Origin: Chloroflexota bacterium | Lineage (GTDB): Bacteria; Chloroflexota; Dehalococcoidia; SZUA-161; SpSt-899 | Reading direction: 5' to 3' | NCBI GenBank assembly: GCA_013203045.1 | Contig: JABMQN010000004.1 | Span: forward strand, 1-58,918 | Length of the DNA: 58,918 bases | Part shown: positions 20,038-30,080 of the stretch, one piece after another | Layout of the letters: every line of letters begins with the position of its first letter | Numbering within the stretch: position 1 is the stretch's first letter | The notes under the pieces: generated by a model | Database searches by the model: none | The model's input: the letters and a program-made list of their open reading frames with translations, nothing else | Told to the model about the DNA's origin: nothing | Translations under genes and position numbers: made by a program

Positions 20038-22281
20038 ATGGCTATCCTCCAATCCCATGGGGAAGATGAAAAATCATTGGAAAGAAAGGCTTTGTATAAA
20101 CTTACCAAATACTTGCTCACAAATAATGGTATTGAGTTACCTTTCTGCCAAAGAACTATGCAGGAGTTTGAAGTAACTTTTGATGAAGATATTGAAAAAC
20201 ATATAAAAAGCAAGATTTGTCAATTTAATATTATAGATCAGTATATGCCAGATGTTTTATGTGAGTATATTGATGCGGAACAAAAAAAGAAGTCACATGG
20301 AGAAGTATATACGCCCAAAGATGTCATTGAATTAATGATGTTCCGTGTAAAGACTTATATGAACTTCAGAGGTAAGGATATTTGTGATTATGCATCAGGG
20401 AACGGGGCGATTTTATACAATATAGCGAAGCAATATAAATCAATCAAATCCCTCGATGGAGTTGACGTTCAGCCATTTTCAACTCATTTAACCTTTGCAA
20501 ATGCTTGTCTAGCAAATACTGAAATCCACCACAAAGTACGCTCGATGACGTTTGATATCATTTTAGAGCGAGAAAGCTACGATAAAAAGTACGATCTCGT
20601 TATAAGTAATCCTCCATATATAGGTCAAAAAAATAACCAAGTCTTATTTGAACCACTCAAAACACATAAGTTCTGGTCTAGTTTTTACACATCGAAATCT
20701 GACTACCTATACTTTTTCATCATTCAAGCAATCGAATTATTAAAACCCAAAGGTATAGCATGCTTGATCACAACTCAATATTGGCTTACAGCAACCAAAG
20801 GAAACAAACTTAGAAAGTATCTAGCGGATAATGTAGATATATTAGAAATACATAATTTTGGAAATATTAAATTGTTTCCGAATGCTGGTGGGCAGGAAAA
20901 TATCATAATTCTAATGCAAAAAAGAACAGAAAAAGATATTCCCCCAAGTGATCGTAGTTTTTTATACATAACCTACGACAACTTATGGACCAAAAGCAAT
21001 TCTGCATTATGGTCAAATAAAAGGAAAGTGAGCAAGGTGATATCTTCTATCCTTTCGGGAGATAAAGTAAATGACCTTTATTCAGGTATGGTTACAATCG
21101 AAAAAACCTCTCTAACTGAGCAGGAATCAAATGGTTCTCCATGGCATCTGGAAAAGTCTGAAAGCGACATTGAAACTAAATCAAGGGAGACACCTATAGC
21201 TGATATTGTTACTATTCAGCCCGGTATTCAAACAGGATCAGATAAAGTTAATAGGAAGAACAAATTTGTTAAAGAAAACGAATCACTACTACCCAAATTA
21301 GGATACCATATTGGTGACGGAATTTATGTGCTTACCGAAGAAGAACTCAAATCGCTTAAACTCAATAGAAAAGAAAAAACCATTGTTAAGCCATTTTATA
21401 AAGTTGGCCAACTCAATATAAACGGGGTCAGCCATAATTTAAAACATTATCTAATACATGCCGAAATGATAGAAGATATTAACCAATATCCAAACATCCA
21501 AAAACACCTCGAAAAATTTAGAGATATATTAAATGTCAGGTATAAGACCTACGCCTTAGTTAATAATGAAAAAATTGGAAAGTGGTGGAAACTTGTCGGG
21601 GCAAGGCCTGATATACCATATGAGGGCGAAAAGATAATAAGTCCATCGCGTGCAAAAGAGCCATTTTTCCTGTATTCCAATAAAGAATTCTATTCATCTA
21701 TGGATGTTTTTTATACATACTCTACCAAAGAAGATGATCTGATTTCTCTTAAATTTATTGCAGCTTATCTAAATTCAGATAGCTGCATTGAATATTTGAA
21801 GAGGAATTGTAAAAAGAAAGGGATAAAGTATGAACTTTATAAAGAACCCCTTTCCAATTTACCGTTCCCCACGTTTAACAACGGGAAATCGAAAAGACTT
21901 AAATTCCATGATTTTATTGCTGGTAGATATTCACTTATAGAAAAAGAGGGGTTATCATACTGTGAAGCATCTAACACATGGATAGCAGTGCCAGGTATAT
22001 ATGATTATTTATTGAGGATTCAATATAGATTAAAACTTATTGAAGATAAATATCTATTAAAAGACTTAACTTTCAACCTACCCGATGATTTGGCCAGAAT
22101 AACCAATTGTGATGAAGTATTGTTTGTCGAGAATGCATTAAAAGAAATCTCAGATCAGGATCGCAAATATTTGACAGAATGCGCAAAAAATACAGTTAAC
22201 CCTGTTAATAAATATAAACAAAATTTGTCAGCACTAAAATACCTATTGAACCAAGTGGTTAATGAAATTCTAACTATATAA
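20038..22281 (+). CDS. Gamma-class N6-adenine DNA methyltransferase with C-terminal target-recognition domain
   Basis: GEVYTP (motif X), DYASGNG (I), ISNPPY (IV), DYLYFF and LRKYL motifs, plus a TaqI_C-like tail (AAYLNS). ATG 20038 with GAGGAG RBS. Very AT-rich. Confidence 0.9.
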   Translation: MAILQSHGEDEKSLERKALYKLTKYLLTNNGIELPFCQRTMQEFEVTFDEDIEKHIKSKICQFNIIDQYMPDVLCEYIDAEQKKKSHGEVYTPKDVIELMMFRVKTYMNFRGKDICDYASGNGAILYNIAKQYKSIKSLDGVDVQPFSTHLTFANACLANTEIHHKVRSMTFDIILERESYDKKYDLVISNPPYIGQKNNQVLFEPLKTHKFWSSFYTSKSDYLYFFIIQAIELLKPKGIACLITTQYWLTATKGNKLRKYLADNVDILEIHNFGNIKLFPNAGGQENIIILMQKRTEKDIPPSDRSFLYITYDNLWTKSNSALWSNKRKVSKVISSILSGDKVNDLYSGMVTIEKTSLTEQESNGSPWHLEKSESDIETKSRETPIADIVTIQPGIQTGSDKVNRKNKFVKENESLLPKLGYHIGDGIYVLTEEELKSLKLNRKEKTIVKPFYKVGQLNINGVSHNLKHYLIHAEMIEDINQYPNIQKHLEKFRDILNVRYKTYALVNNEKIGKWWKLVGARPDIPYEGEKIISPSRAKEPFFLYSNKEFYSSMDVFYTYSTKEDDLISLKFIAAYLNSDSCIEYLKRNCKKKGIKYELYKEPLSNLPFPTFNNGKSKRLKFHDFIAGRYSLIEKEGLSYCEASNTWIAVPGIYDYLLRIQYRLKLIEDKYLLKDLTFNLPDDLARITNCDEVLFVENALKEISDQDRKYLTECAKNTVNPVNKYKQNLSALKYLLNQVVNEILTI

Positions 22282-22299
22282 CTTTTGTGTTTTTACTAA

Positions 22300-23025
22300 A
22301 TGCATATGAATGAAGAAACATTGGAATTAGCAACGAACGACCTCATTAAACTTTTTAGTTCAGCGTTGAAAGGTAGTGAACTTAAAATATCTTTTAACTG
22401 GGAAGTCTCTGAGAAAACAGTATCAGAGATTGGTGGGCGACCAATTGAGGATTACATATTAACTTCATTGCCTAATGAGCTCAATAATGAAGTAGAAGGA
22501 CTTTCAGGGACGTTTACTAATTGCACCGTACCAAAGTCTCAAAGAGCCATGGAAGACATAGGGTTTACTTGGTTATCACCTGATGGCAAAAAATCAATTG
22601 AATTATTGATTGATGTAAAGGGGCACAACGAGACAAAAACAGGTTCAAGACCAAATCTTGCATCAATTAGAAAGTGCAGAGAATTTTACACCGCTTCAGA
22701 TAAGAAAGAACTTTGGATATTTTATTGCAGATACACTCCAAAAGTAGACGGTAGTTCAATCAATACTAATATTTCCTATAAGCTAGAAGATGGGTCTTTT
22801 GAAGAAAAAGGATTATTTTTGTTAAGAAGACTTAGCGATAACAATATGGATCCAGCTGATATCGGTAGCGGTGGACAAATATTATTTGCGCGAGAACATG
22901 AAATCGAACTAATAGATCGGGATAGGGGAAATATGGTCAAATTCTTGGATAGTCTAACTGATCATCTTTTAAAACTTAGGGAAAATAGAAAACAAAAAAA
23001 GAAGACGAATTTAAAGAACACATAA
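22300..23025 (+). CDS. Putative PD-(D/E)xK type II restriction endonuclease
   Basis: E..., EDIG...LIDVK...RPNLAS pattern reminiscent of HincII-type enzymes. 18 bp after the MTase, with the same low GC. Confidence 0.6.
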   Translation: MHMNEETLELATNDLIKLFSSALKGSELKISFNWEVSEKTVSEIGGRPIEDYILTSLPNELNNEVEGLSGTFTNCTVPKSQRAMEDIGFTWLSPDGKKSIELLIDVKGHNETKTGSRPNLASIRKCREFYTASDKKELWIFYCRYTPKVDGSSINTNISYKLEDGSFEEKGLFLLRRLSDNNMDPADIGSGGQILFAREHEIELIDRDRGNMVKFLDSLTDHLLKLRENRKQKKKTNLKNT

Positions 23026-23095
23026 CAACTGGCTTCCAGACTACAATGAGTTGTGTCCAAGTCAATCCAGTATATACCGATGACATGATAAAACC

Positions 23096-23539
23096 ATGAA
23101 ATATAGTGAAGGCAAAATCGGACGGGTATTCGTCATCAAGTTTGAGGATGGGGATCGATTACCCGAAGCTCTCGAGGAATTCGCAGCGGACCATAATGTC
23201 TTGCGAGGAACCTGCATAATGGTCGGTGGGATTGCTGATGGTAGCAAGATAGTTGTCGGCCCCGAAGATGGAAACGTCCGACCTCCCGTTCCTATACCAT
23301 TTGAAATATCGGGGGCTCATGAAGTCGCCGGGGTTGGAACACTGTTCCCCAACAGCGAAGGGAAACCGGTCCTTCATATGCATGCCGCACTGGGTCGTGA
23401 AGGTCGCACTCATACAGGTTGTATTCGTTTGGGTGTGGAAGCATGGCTGGTCACTGAGGTAATACTTCTTGAGATTATCAATAATACTGCTCAGCGGGTG
23501 ATAGACCCCGAGACCGGTTTCGAACTGCTGGAACCTTGA
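23096..23539 (+). CDS. PPC-domain (DUF296) protein
   Basis: GRVFVIKFEDG, GTLFP and LHMHAALG motifs. Confidence 0.85.
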   Translation: MKYSEGKIGRVFVIKFEDGDRLPEALEEFAADHNVLRGTCIMVGGIADGSKIVVGPEDGNVRPPVPIPFEISGAHEVAGVGTLFPNSEGKPVLHMHAALGREGRTHTGCIRLGVEAWLVTEVILLEIINNTAQRVIDPETGFELLEP

Positions 23540-23540
23540 C

Positions 23541-24566
23541 TCAAAGGATCAGCATACAATCCCCAAAACTGTAGAAGCGATAATCCCCATTTATAGCCTC
23601 GCTGTAAGCTTCAAGTATACGTTCTCTTCCCACAAATCCTGCCACCAGCATGAGCAGGGTTGAACGGGGCAAATGGAAATTGGTTATCATGGCATCGATA
23701 GTACGAAATTGATAACCAGGTAAAATATAGAGATCATTCCAGCCAATGAAAGGTTGAACTTCCCCATTTAAATCAGTTGCCCTTTCCACCGACCTCACAG
23801 CGGTAGTTCCCACTCCAACAACTCGTCTACCCTCTCTCTTGGCAGTATTCAAATTTTGAGCAACTTCGTCAGTCACTTCACAGTATTCTTGATGCAATGA
23901 GTGTTTTGTGGGATCCTCAGTTTTGACCGGCCTGAATGAGCCCAGACCTACATGCAAAGTTATGAAAGCCAATTCAATACCCTTGGATTCAATTCGTTTC
24001 AACAACTCGGGTGTGAAATGTAGTCCGGCCGTCGGAGCAGCAACGCTTCCTTTGGTTTTGGCATAAACTGTCTGATAGCGTTCCGGGTCACCAACAGGAG
24101 CGTGAATATAAGGCGGTAAAGGCACATCACCAAGTGTGTCTAACAATCCCTCATCTGAAAGGCGCACCATGAAAGTCCCGTTTTCAGTTCTCGATTGAAC
24201 CTCCACCGAGATATGCTCTGCATGATTCTCAGATTCCACCTCCACCACCGTTCCCTGTCGCACCCGCCTGCCCGGCCGCACCAGCGATTCCCAGATAGAA
24301 TCGCCCACTCGATTCAAAAGTAGAAATTCGACCTTCCCGCCACCTTCGACTTTATGCCCGAACAGCCGAGCCGGAATCACCCTGCTTTCATTCAAAACCA
24401 GCACATCACCAGGGCAAAGATATTCGGTGATTTCAAAGAAACGCCGGTGTTCAATCGTTCCGTTTTCTCGATTGAGCACCAGCAAACGAGACTGATCTCG
24501 GGGTTCAACGGGGATTTGAGCAATCCGTTCCTGCGGAAGCTCATAGTCAAAATCAGAGGTTTTCAT
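23541..24566 (-). CDS. queA: tRNA preQ1 S-adenosylmethionine ribosyltransferase-isomerase
   Basis: FDYELP, LPPYI, YQTVYA, AAPTAGLHF, NFHLPRST and FYSFGD motifs. Confidence 0.97.
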   Translation of the reverse strand: MKTSDFDYELPQERIAQIPVEPRDQSRLLVLNRENGTIEHRRFFEITEYLCPGDVLVLNESRVIPARLFGHKVEGGGKVEFLLLNRVGDSIWESLVRPGRRVRQGTVVEVESENHAEHISVEVQSRTENGTFMVRLSDEGLLDTLGDVPLPPYIHAPVGDPERYQTVYAKTKGSVAAPTAGLHFTPELLKRIESKGIELAFITLHVGLGSFRPVKTEDPTKHSLHQEYCEVTDEVAQNLNTAKREGRRVVGVGTTAVRSVERATDLNGEVQPFIGWNDLYILPGYQFRTIDAMITNFHLPRSTLLMLVAGFVGRERILEAYSEAINGDYRFYSFGDCMLIL

Positions 24567-24576
24567 ATTCCAAAGG

Positions 24577-25500
24577 CTAAGCCAGCAATTCATCCAAATC
24601 GAGTGGTTCACCTTTGGCAGCATCCCTCTTCATGCTGATAGACCCATCAGGGCACACACCTTCACACACACCGCAACCCATACACTTGTCGTAACTGATG
24701 ACTGCTTTATCGCCTTCTTCGTTCATACTGATTGCATTGAAATGGCACGCGTGCTCATCCACACAAATTCCGCATCCGACACAATCTTCACTTATTTCGG
24801 CCACATAGCCGGATGATGCCAGAATCGGAACGGTTCCTTCCAGCAGATTCCACATCCTGATCCCCAAGCAACAGCATGAGCAGCAATTGCAAATCATGGC
24901 AAAACTGCTACCCAAATCTTTTTTAAACCAGGCTGTGTGGACAAATCCCTTTTCGTGGCAATCTTCGAGAATTTTTATTGCTTCTTCCTGCGTGCCTGCC
25001 CTAAACATCTGATTCTGATCACGAATGAATGCAGCGAACGGATCCCCCACAAAAAGACAGACCTCCATCGGCTCCTCAAGGCAGGGATTTTCAGATACCG
25101 AGCGGCAGGCGCAGGTGCCAATTGAAACAGACTCGGGATTATTCATGATTATATGTTTGGCCTGTTTGAAAGGAACCACCGTTTCGGATATTGGAATATT
25201 GATGTTTTCCTTTTGCGAAAAGAGCTTGACAGCATCGTGAAGCTTGACAACTTTCGCGTTGTAGATGCTGGTATCGGCGGTGGCCCCGGCATCAGCGATT
25301 TGCTGGTAATAGGCCCCCATCATCTCATCGAGCCCATCGCCCAGTTCATGCGGCAGGTCCCTGGTAGGGATCCCCAGCGATTTAACAACATAGTCCACAA
25401 AGTGCTGTAGGTACTTCAAGTACAGATATGCGGGAAAGAAATCGTTTTTGTCTTCAAGTTTGTAGAAGTCATATAGTGCCTTGGTTGATTCCTTATGCAT
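24577..25500 (-). CDS. 4Fe-4S binding protein (CxCR / ICNCCxCCC family)
   Basis: CACR and ICNCCSCCC motifs, two C-terminal CxxCxxC ferredoxin motifs. ATG 25500 with AAGGAG RBS. Confidence 0.85.
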   Translation of the reverse strand: MHKESTKALYDFYKLEDKNDFFPAYLYLKYLQHFVDYVVKSLGIPTRDLPHELGDGLDEMMGAYYQQIADAGATADTSIYNAKVVKLHDAVKLFSQKENINIPISETVVPFKQAKHIIMNNPESVSIGTCACRSVSENPCLEEPMEVCLFVGDPFAAFIRDQNQMFRAGTQEEAIKILEDCHEKGFVHTAWFKKDLGSSFAMICNCCSCCCLGIRMWNLLEGTVPILASSGYVAEISEDCVGCGICVDEHACHFNAISMNEEGDKAVISYDKCMGCGVCEGVCPDGSISMKRDAAKGEPLDLDELLA

Positions 25501-25523
25501 TAGCTTCTCCTTAATATCACAAT

Positions 25524-26501
25524 CTAGCTCATCGATACTACCACATCCGCAACAGTTTGAACAATATTGCGACAATGATCAATTTTCCTCTCAGCTAGAT
25601 ACTGCTGAACTCCGTTCTCAGTATCTAGTCTCAGACTGAGAATATCTTTACAATGTACTCCGCCATATTTCCCTTCAACCGTCCGATAAACTTCCCGGCA
25701 CTGCTCGTAAAGTTTTGCAGGAGCAAATCTTTTCTCATCCCTGAAAATACCATCGCTTTTAATTAGACCATAGAACATGATTCGTGCAGTGTCCTTGTAC
25801 CCAGATCGACTCAAATCCACTCCTGCCTTCAAGCCAAGGCAAAGCACCCCTGCTGCAACGGCCCCGCATAGCGTGCCATTGAAACCAATCCCACCACAAA
25901 ACCCTCTCGAAGGATTATAAATATGTCCCACAGGTATTGACGACCTCTTGCTTACTTCAGAGATAACAGATTGTCCGCAATGAAATGAATTTTCTTCGAA
26001 TAATTTGACTATTGATTCCGTTACAGCATGTTCAGATACGAACCTGTTACTCTCGATTTCCTGAGTTAACTCCACTAGGATTCCCGAACCCTCTTTTAAG
26101 ATATCCGTACACTTTCGATTTTTTCCGGTTAATATGGCTCGACGAAAGTTGTTGGCCAGGTGTTTGCCTCCATGGACTTTGCCGCAATCAGGCGTATCCA
26201 TTCGATCTTCAAGTCTACGGTAAAATTCGGAACATAAGTGATAGAATTGTACAGAAGGCAAGTCCGGAAAACGTTTACCCAAAACAACAACCCCGCCATT
26301 AACAGCCCCACAAGTATCGCCCATGGTCGACAGCCCGGAACTGAACCCAACCACCGAGCGCAGTAGAAGATCGTCTTCATCAACCCCAATTGCTCTGCCC
26401 AGGTTCTTTGTGGTCGAATAAGAACAACTGAGTGCTTTTATAAAATCTGTTACGACTCTTTTCTCTACTTCTTGATGCTTCGTATATCGCGCTTTATCCA
26501 T
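25524..26501 (-). CDS. Tandem C-GCAxxG-C-C family putative redox protein
   Basis: Two repeats (GDTCGAVNGG and GTLCGAVAAG), each with flanking Cys. Confidence 0.8.
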   Translation of the reverse strand: MDKARYTKHQEVEKRVVTDFIKALSCSYSTTKNLGRAIGVDEDDLLLRSVVGFSSGLSTMGDTCGAVNGGVVVLGKRFPDLPSVQFYHLCSEFYRRLEDRMDTPDCGKVHGGKHLANNFRRAILTGKNRKCTDILKEGSGILVELTQEIESNRFVSEHAVTESIVKLFEENSFHCGQSVISEVSKRSSIPVGHIYNPSRGFCGGIGFNGTLCGAVAAGVLCLGLKAGVDLSRSGYKDTARIMFYGLIKSDGIFRDEKRFAPAKLYEQCREVYRTVEGKYGGVHCKDILSLRLDTENGVQQYLAERKIDHCRNIVQTVADVVVSMS

Positions 26502-26593
26502 TCAACTCTCTTTTACACATTATACCTTAAATAAATGAAATCAAATCCTACCTAACCGGTATATCAATTAACAGTTTTCTGAATTTGCCAACC

Positions 26594-26623
26594 TTGACAA
26601 AGCATAAGCCCTATATCTACAAT
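26594..26623 (+). promoter_or_regulatory. Sigma70-type promoter of yceD-rpmF
   Basis: TTGACA-18 nt-TACAAT. Confidence 0.55.
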
Positions 26624-26652
26624 AGACTCATCTCTGGAGACCTTTAACAATC

Positions 26653-27192
26653 ATGAAAATCAACGTTGCGCAGCAACTGAAGAGTCACGTGGGTGATGCT
26701 CGTCACTACGCTGTCGGCGAAACCACTGATGACGGCTTCTCTATCAATGGAGAGGCGAAATTAGTCCTCACCAACCGCAGCATCTTGGCCACTGGACGAT
26801 TCCATGCCGTTATCACCACCACCTGCAGCCGCTGCCTTGATGATTTCGAGCACCCCTTGGAATTTGAGCTATCAGCGGAGTTCTTTCCCACCGGCAGTAC
26901 ACTTAGTACCACCCCTACTTCTATAGATGAAATCCAAGAAGCAGATGGTTTCACTATAGGTGAAGACCATATTCTCGATCTAAGCGAAGCTCTGCGCCAG
27001 AACATAGTGCTTAGTCTCCCCGTCAAGCCCATATGTAAACCGGATTGCGCCGGGCTTTGTCAAAAATGCGGTCAGGACTTAAATCAAGGTCAATGTGAAT
27101 GTCCGAATGAGCATTCTGATCCGCGTTGGTCTCCCCTGAAACAACTGCTCTCAGATCAAATGGCTGAAAGCATAAGAGAGGTTAGTAAGTAG
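26653..27192 (+). CDS. yceD: DUF177/YceD family protein
   Basis: CSRCL, LDLSE, CKPDCAGLC and DPRW motifs. Upstream of rpmF. Confidence 0.9.
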   Translation: MKINVAQQLKSHVGDARHYAVGETTDDGFSINGEAKLVLTNRSILATGRFHAVITTTCSRCLDDFEHPLEFELSAEFFPTGSTLSTTPTSIDEIQEADGFTIGEDHILDLSEALRQNIVLSLPVKPICKPDCAGLCQKCGQDLNQGQCECPNEHSDPRWSPLKQLLSDQMAESIREVSK

Positions 27193-27194
27193 TT

Positions 27195-27383
27195 ATGACA
27201 GAACCAAAAAGAAAAATATCCAAAAGACGCGCTGGTACAAGACAGAGTCATCAAGCCTTATCAGCTCCTAGTCGATCTCTGTGTCCTCAGTGTCATAGTC
27301 CTAAGCTCCCCCACCGCGTATGCCCCGTCTGTGGAAGCTACAAAGGCAGGGAAGTATACGAGGTCAAGAAAGCCAAAGGATAG
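27195..27383 (+). CDS. rpmF: 50S ribosomal protein L32
   Basis: PKRKISK...CPQC..KLPHRVCPVCGSY. Confidence 0.96.
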   Translation: MTEPKRKISKRRAGTRQSHQALSAPSRSLCPQCHSPKLPHRVCPVCGSYKGREVYEVKKAKG

Positions 27384-27455
27384 TCAGCGCCATAAACACA
27401 ATAGTGAAAGTAAATCGAAACTCGCCCGTCTCGTGGATCGTGGCGGAGGCAATCG

Positions 27456-28373
27456 ATGAGTAAGGTTGCATTTGTCTTTCCTGGCCAGGGATCGCAGATA
27501 GTAGGAATGGGTCTGGACCTCTTTGAGAAATCATCAGAGGCTCGTCAAGTATTTGAAGAGGCTGACGAAGCACTGGGGTTCTCGCTCTCCAGGCTCTGCT
27601 TTGATGGCCCGGAAGAAGAGCTTCGCCAGACTATAAATACTCAGCCGGCAGTATTGACAGTCAGCATTGCATGTCTGAGAACTGCTTTTGGAAATGGGAA
27701 CAGTATTCAGCCAGCGTTTGTCGCCGGACACAGTCTTGGCGAATATACAGCATTAGTGGCCGGTGGAGTACTCGATTTTTCCGATGGCATTCGTTTAGTC
27801 AAAGAGCGCGCCCGTCTGATGCAAGAAGCCGGTGAAAAACGCCCCGGAGGAATGGCTGCCATCATCGGGCTTGATCTGGTTTCCCTGGAAGAAATCTGCC
27901 AGGAAACCGGGACCCAAATTGCGAACATCAATTCTCCCGAACAGACCGTTATTAGTGGCTCGAACAATGGCCTGACGTGGTCTATGGACTTGGCCAAAGC
28001 CAGAGGAGCCAAAAGAGTTATTCGGCTAAGCGTAAGCGGTGCGTTTCATTCCAATCATATGGAGTTCGCAGCTGACGGCTTAGCCAAAGCTGTTTCCCAA
28101 TTCATTTTCGCTAATCCTTCAATCCCTATCGTCGCCAATACTACCGCCGAACCCAAGTCAACAGCCGATGAAGTTGTTGACGGAATTCTTAAACAAGTAT
28201 GTGGTTGTGTTCGGTGGCAGCCTTCCGTTGAATACATGATTAACGCCGGGGTCTCTACATTCGTAGAGATTGGTCCGGGTCAGGTACTCACAGGACTTAT
28301 TAAGAGAATTAGCCGGGATGTTAAGCTGGTCAATGTTAATAACCTTGATTCAATTGAAGCAATTTCCTTATAA
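27456..28373 (+). CDS. fabD: Malonyl-CoA:ACP transacylase
   Basis: FPGQGSQ, GHSLGE, SGAFHS and EIGPG motifs. Confidence 0.96.
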   Translation: MSKVAFVFPGQGSQIVGMGLDLFEKSSEARQVFEEADEALGFSLSRLCFDGPEEELRQTINTQPAVLTVSIACLRTAFGNGNSIQPAFVAGHSLGEYTALVAGGVLDFSDGIRLVKERARLMQEAGEKRPGGMAAIIGLDLVSLEEICQETGTQIANINSPEQTVISGSNNGLTWSMDLAKARGAKRVIRLSVSGAFHSNHMEFAADGLAKAVSQFIFANPSIPIVANTTAEPKSTADEVVDGILKQVCGCVRWQPSVEYMINAGVSTFVEIGPGQVLTGLIKRISRDVKLVNVNNLDSIEAISL

Positions 28374-28433
28374 AAGTCGGTTTTCACTTACAATTTCAGA
28401 ACAACCAAACAAAGTTCCTGCCTTAACAAAAAA

Positions 28434-28847
28434 ATGGAAAGCATTCGACGAAAAGCAAGGATCATCGCCCTGCAAGCATTGTATGAGTTCGATTGTGTCG
28501 GGCACGATTTAGCAGAGTCAACAGCCCGCCTGATTCAAGAAAAACCACTACCTGAAGATGCTGCCCTGTTTTCCCAGGAGCTGGTGACCGGAGTTGAGGA
28601 AAACAAAGAGAAAATTGATGCGCAAATCCAGAAATTCGCACCGAGCTTCCCCGTTGAACAGCTCTCGCTTATCGACCGCGCTATTTTGCGGCTAGCTATT
28701 TTCGAAATTGTAATCGATAAAAAAGTCCCGTTGAAGGTTGCTATCAACGAAGCGGTGGAGCTGGCAAAAACTTTCGGCAACAATAATTCCGCGAAATTTG
28801 TCAATGGTGTTTTAGGATCGGTTAGCTCAGCTATACTACAAAGCTAA
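28434..28847 (+). CDS. nusB: Transcription antitermination factor NusB
   Basis: [27 protein letters not shown] and FVNGVL motifs. Confidence 0.96.
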   Translation: MESIRRKARIIALQALYEFDCVGHDLAESTARLIQEKPLPEDAALFSQELVTGVEENKEKIDAQIQKFAPSFPVEQLSLIDRAILRLAIFEIVIDKKVPLKVAINEAVELAKTFGNNNSAKFVNGVLGSVSSAILQS

Positions 28848-28900
28848 ATTTCATGTTATAATGACCTTTGAAAACACATCTTTATGGAGGGAAAGAAAAT

Positions 28901-29158
28901 ATGGCCACACTTTTTGATCGAGTTAAGAGCATAATAGTGGAGCAACTTGGTGTTGAGGAATCGGAAGTCACCATGGAAGCTTCATTTGCCGATGACCTCA
29001 ATGCGGATTCCCTCGATCTGGTTGAGCTGGTTATGGCTTTCGAGGAGCAGTTTGGGAGTGAAAGCAATCCTCTGGAAATTCCAGATGAAGACGCTGAGAA
29101 ACTACTAGGCGTGAAAGACGCGGTCGAGTATCTTAAAGAACACGGCTTTGATGACTAG
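28901..29158 (+). CDS. acpP: Acyl carrier protein
   Basis: [14 protein letters not shown] motif. ATG 28901 after GGAGG. Confidence 0.96.
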   Translation: MATLFDRVKSIIVEQLGVEESEVTMEASFADDLNADSLDLVELVMAFEEQFGSESNPLEIPDEDAEKLLGVKDAVEYLKEHGFDD

Positions 29159-29256
29159 CGGCTCTTACAAATTTATTTCAAATCCCCCGGTTTCTCGGTC
29201 ACCGGGATAACAATGTTAGCAATAACAAAAGTATTAATATCTAAAAATCGAGTTTT

Positions 29257-29295
29257 AAAAAGGCACACGGCCTGTTTTGGCCGTGGCCTTTTATT
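29257..29295 (+). terminator. Intrinsic terminator after acpP
   Basis: AAAAGGC-ACACGGCC..GGCCGTG-GCCTTTT hairpin with A/T tracts. Confidence 0.65.
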
Positions 29296-29407
29296 ACATA
29301 CAAGCGCCATCACCCAAATTCAGTATGACAATCTTGATGAGACGTCGGGCAAGATAGGTTGAGTGAGGTTTATCAACCAGATTTTCTATACAAAAGGAGT
29401 TTCAAAG

Positions 29408-30013
29408 TTGACAACACTAGCCAATCTCAATCATGAGATTTTACAGTGTCAAAACTGTGAATTAGCAAAGACGCGAACTAAGGTAGTTCCCGGAGAAGGT
29501 AATGAAAACGCTGACATAGTTTTCATCGGCGAAGCCCCGGGATTCAATGAAGATCAGCAAGGTAGTCCATTTGTAGGTGCTGCAGGCAAATTCCCTGATG
29601 AGCTACTTGAGTCCATTCATCTCGATCGAACAAAAGTTTATATTTGTAACATCATTAAATGCCGACCTCCGGGAAACCGTGATCCATTGCCTCAAGAAAT
29701 CGAGTCATGCAAGAGGTGGCTTGATCACCAACTTGATATTATTTCTCCGAAAGTCATCGTCACTTTGGGTCGGCATTCCATGGCCAGGTTCTTCCGTGGC
29801 GCAAGCATAGGCAAGATTCACGGTACAGCACAGACGATAAACGGTAGAACCTATTTCGCCATGTACCACCCAGCCGCTGCACTCCATCAACAGAGCTTGC
29901 GCAAAACTATAGAAGCTGATATCCTCAAACTCCCTGGGATTGTACAAGCCAACGAAGTAAAAGAGGATTCAACGCCAACAGAACCAAAGCCAGAACAGCT
30001 AAGCATGTTCTAG
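29408..30013 (+). CDS. Uracil-DNA glycosylase family 4
   Basis: CxxC, GEAPG..ED, PFVG, KCRPPGNR and YHPAAAL motifs. TTG start after AAGGAG. Confidence 0.92.
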   Translation: MTTLANLNHEILQCQNCELAKTRTKVVPGEGNENADIVFIGEAPGFNEDQQGSPFVGAAGKFPDELLESIHLDRTKVYICNIIKCRPPGNRDPLPQEIESCKRWLDHQLDIISPKVIVTLGRHSMARFFRGASIGKIHGTAQTINGRTYFAMYHPAAALHQQSLRKTIEADILKLPGIVQANEVKEDSTPTEPKPEQLSMF

Positions 30014-30080
30014 GCTTATCCGGATAAAAAGGGGATGGAGCATAGAAGCCTCCCTTTTGTTGGTAAACATCAGGAGTCAG

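Noticed and set aside
25524-26501. Possible selenocysteine read-through in the C-GCAxxG protein
   Set aside because: The ORF is uninterrupted, with Cys codons at the motif positions.
29590-29600. UDG GKFPDELL where Leu is usual (CCT vs CTT)
   Set aside because: A single-base change that cannot be told apart from sequencing error. Catalytic motifs are intact.
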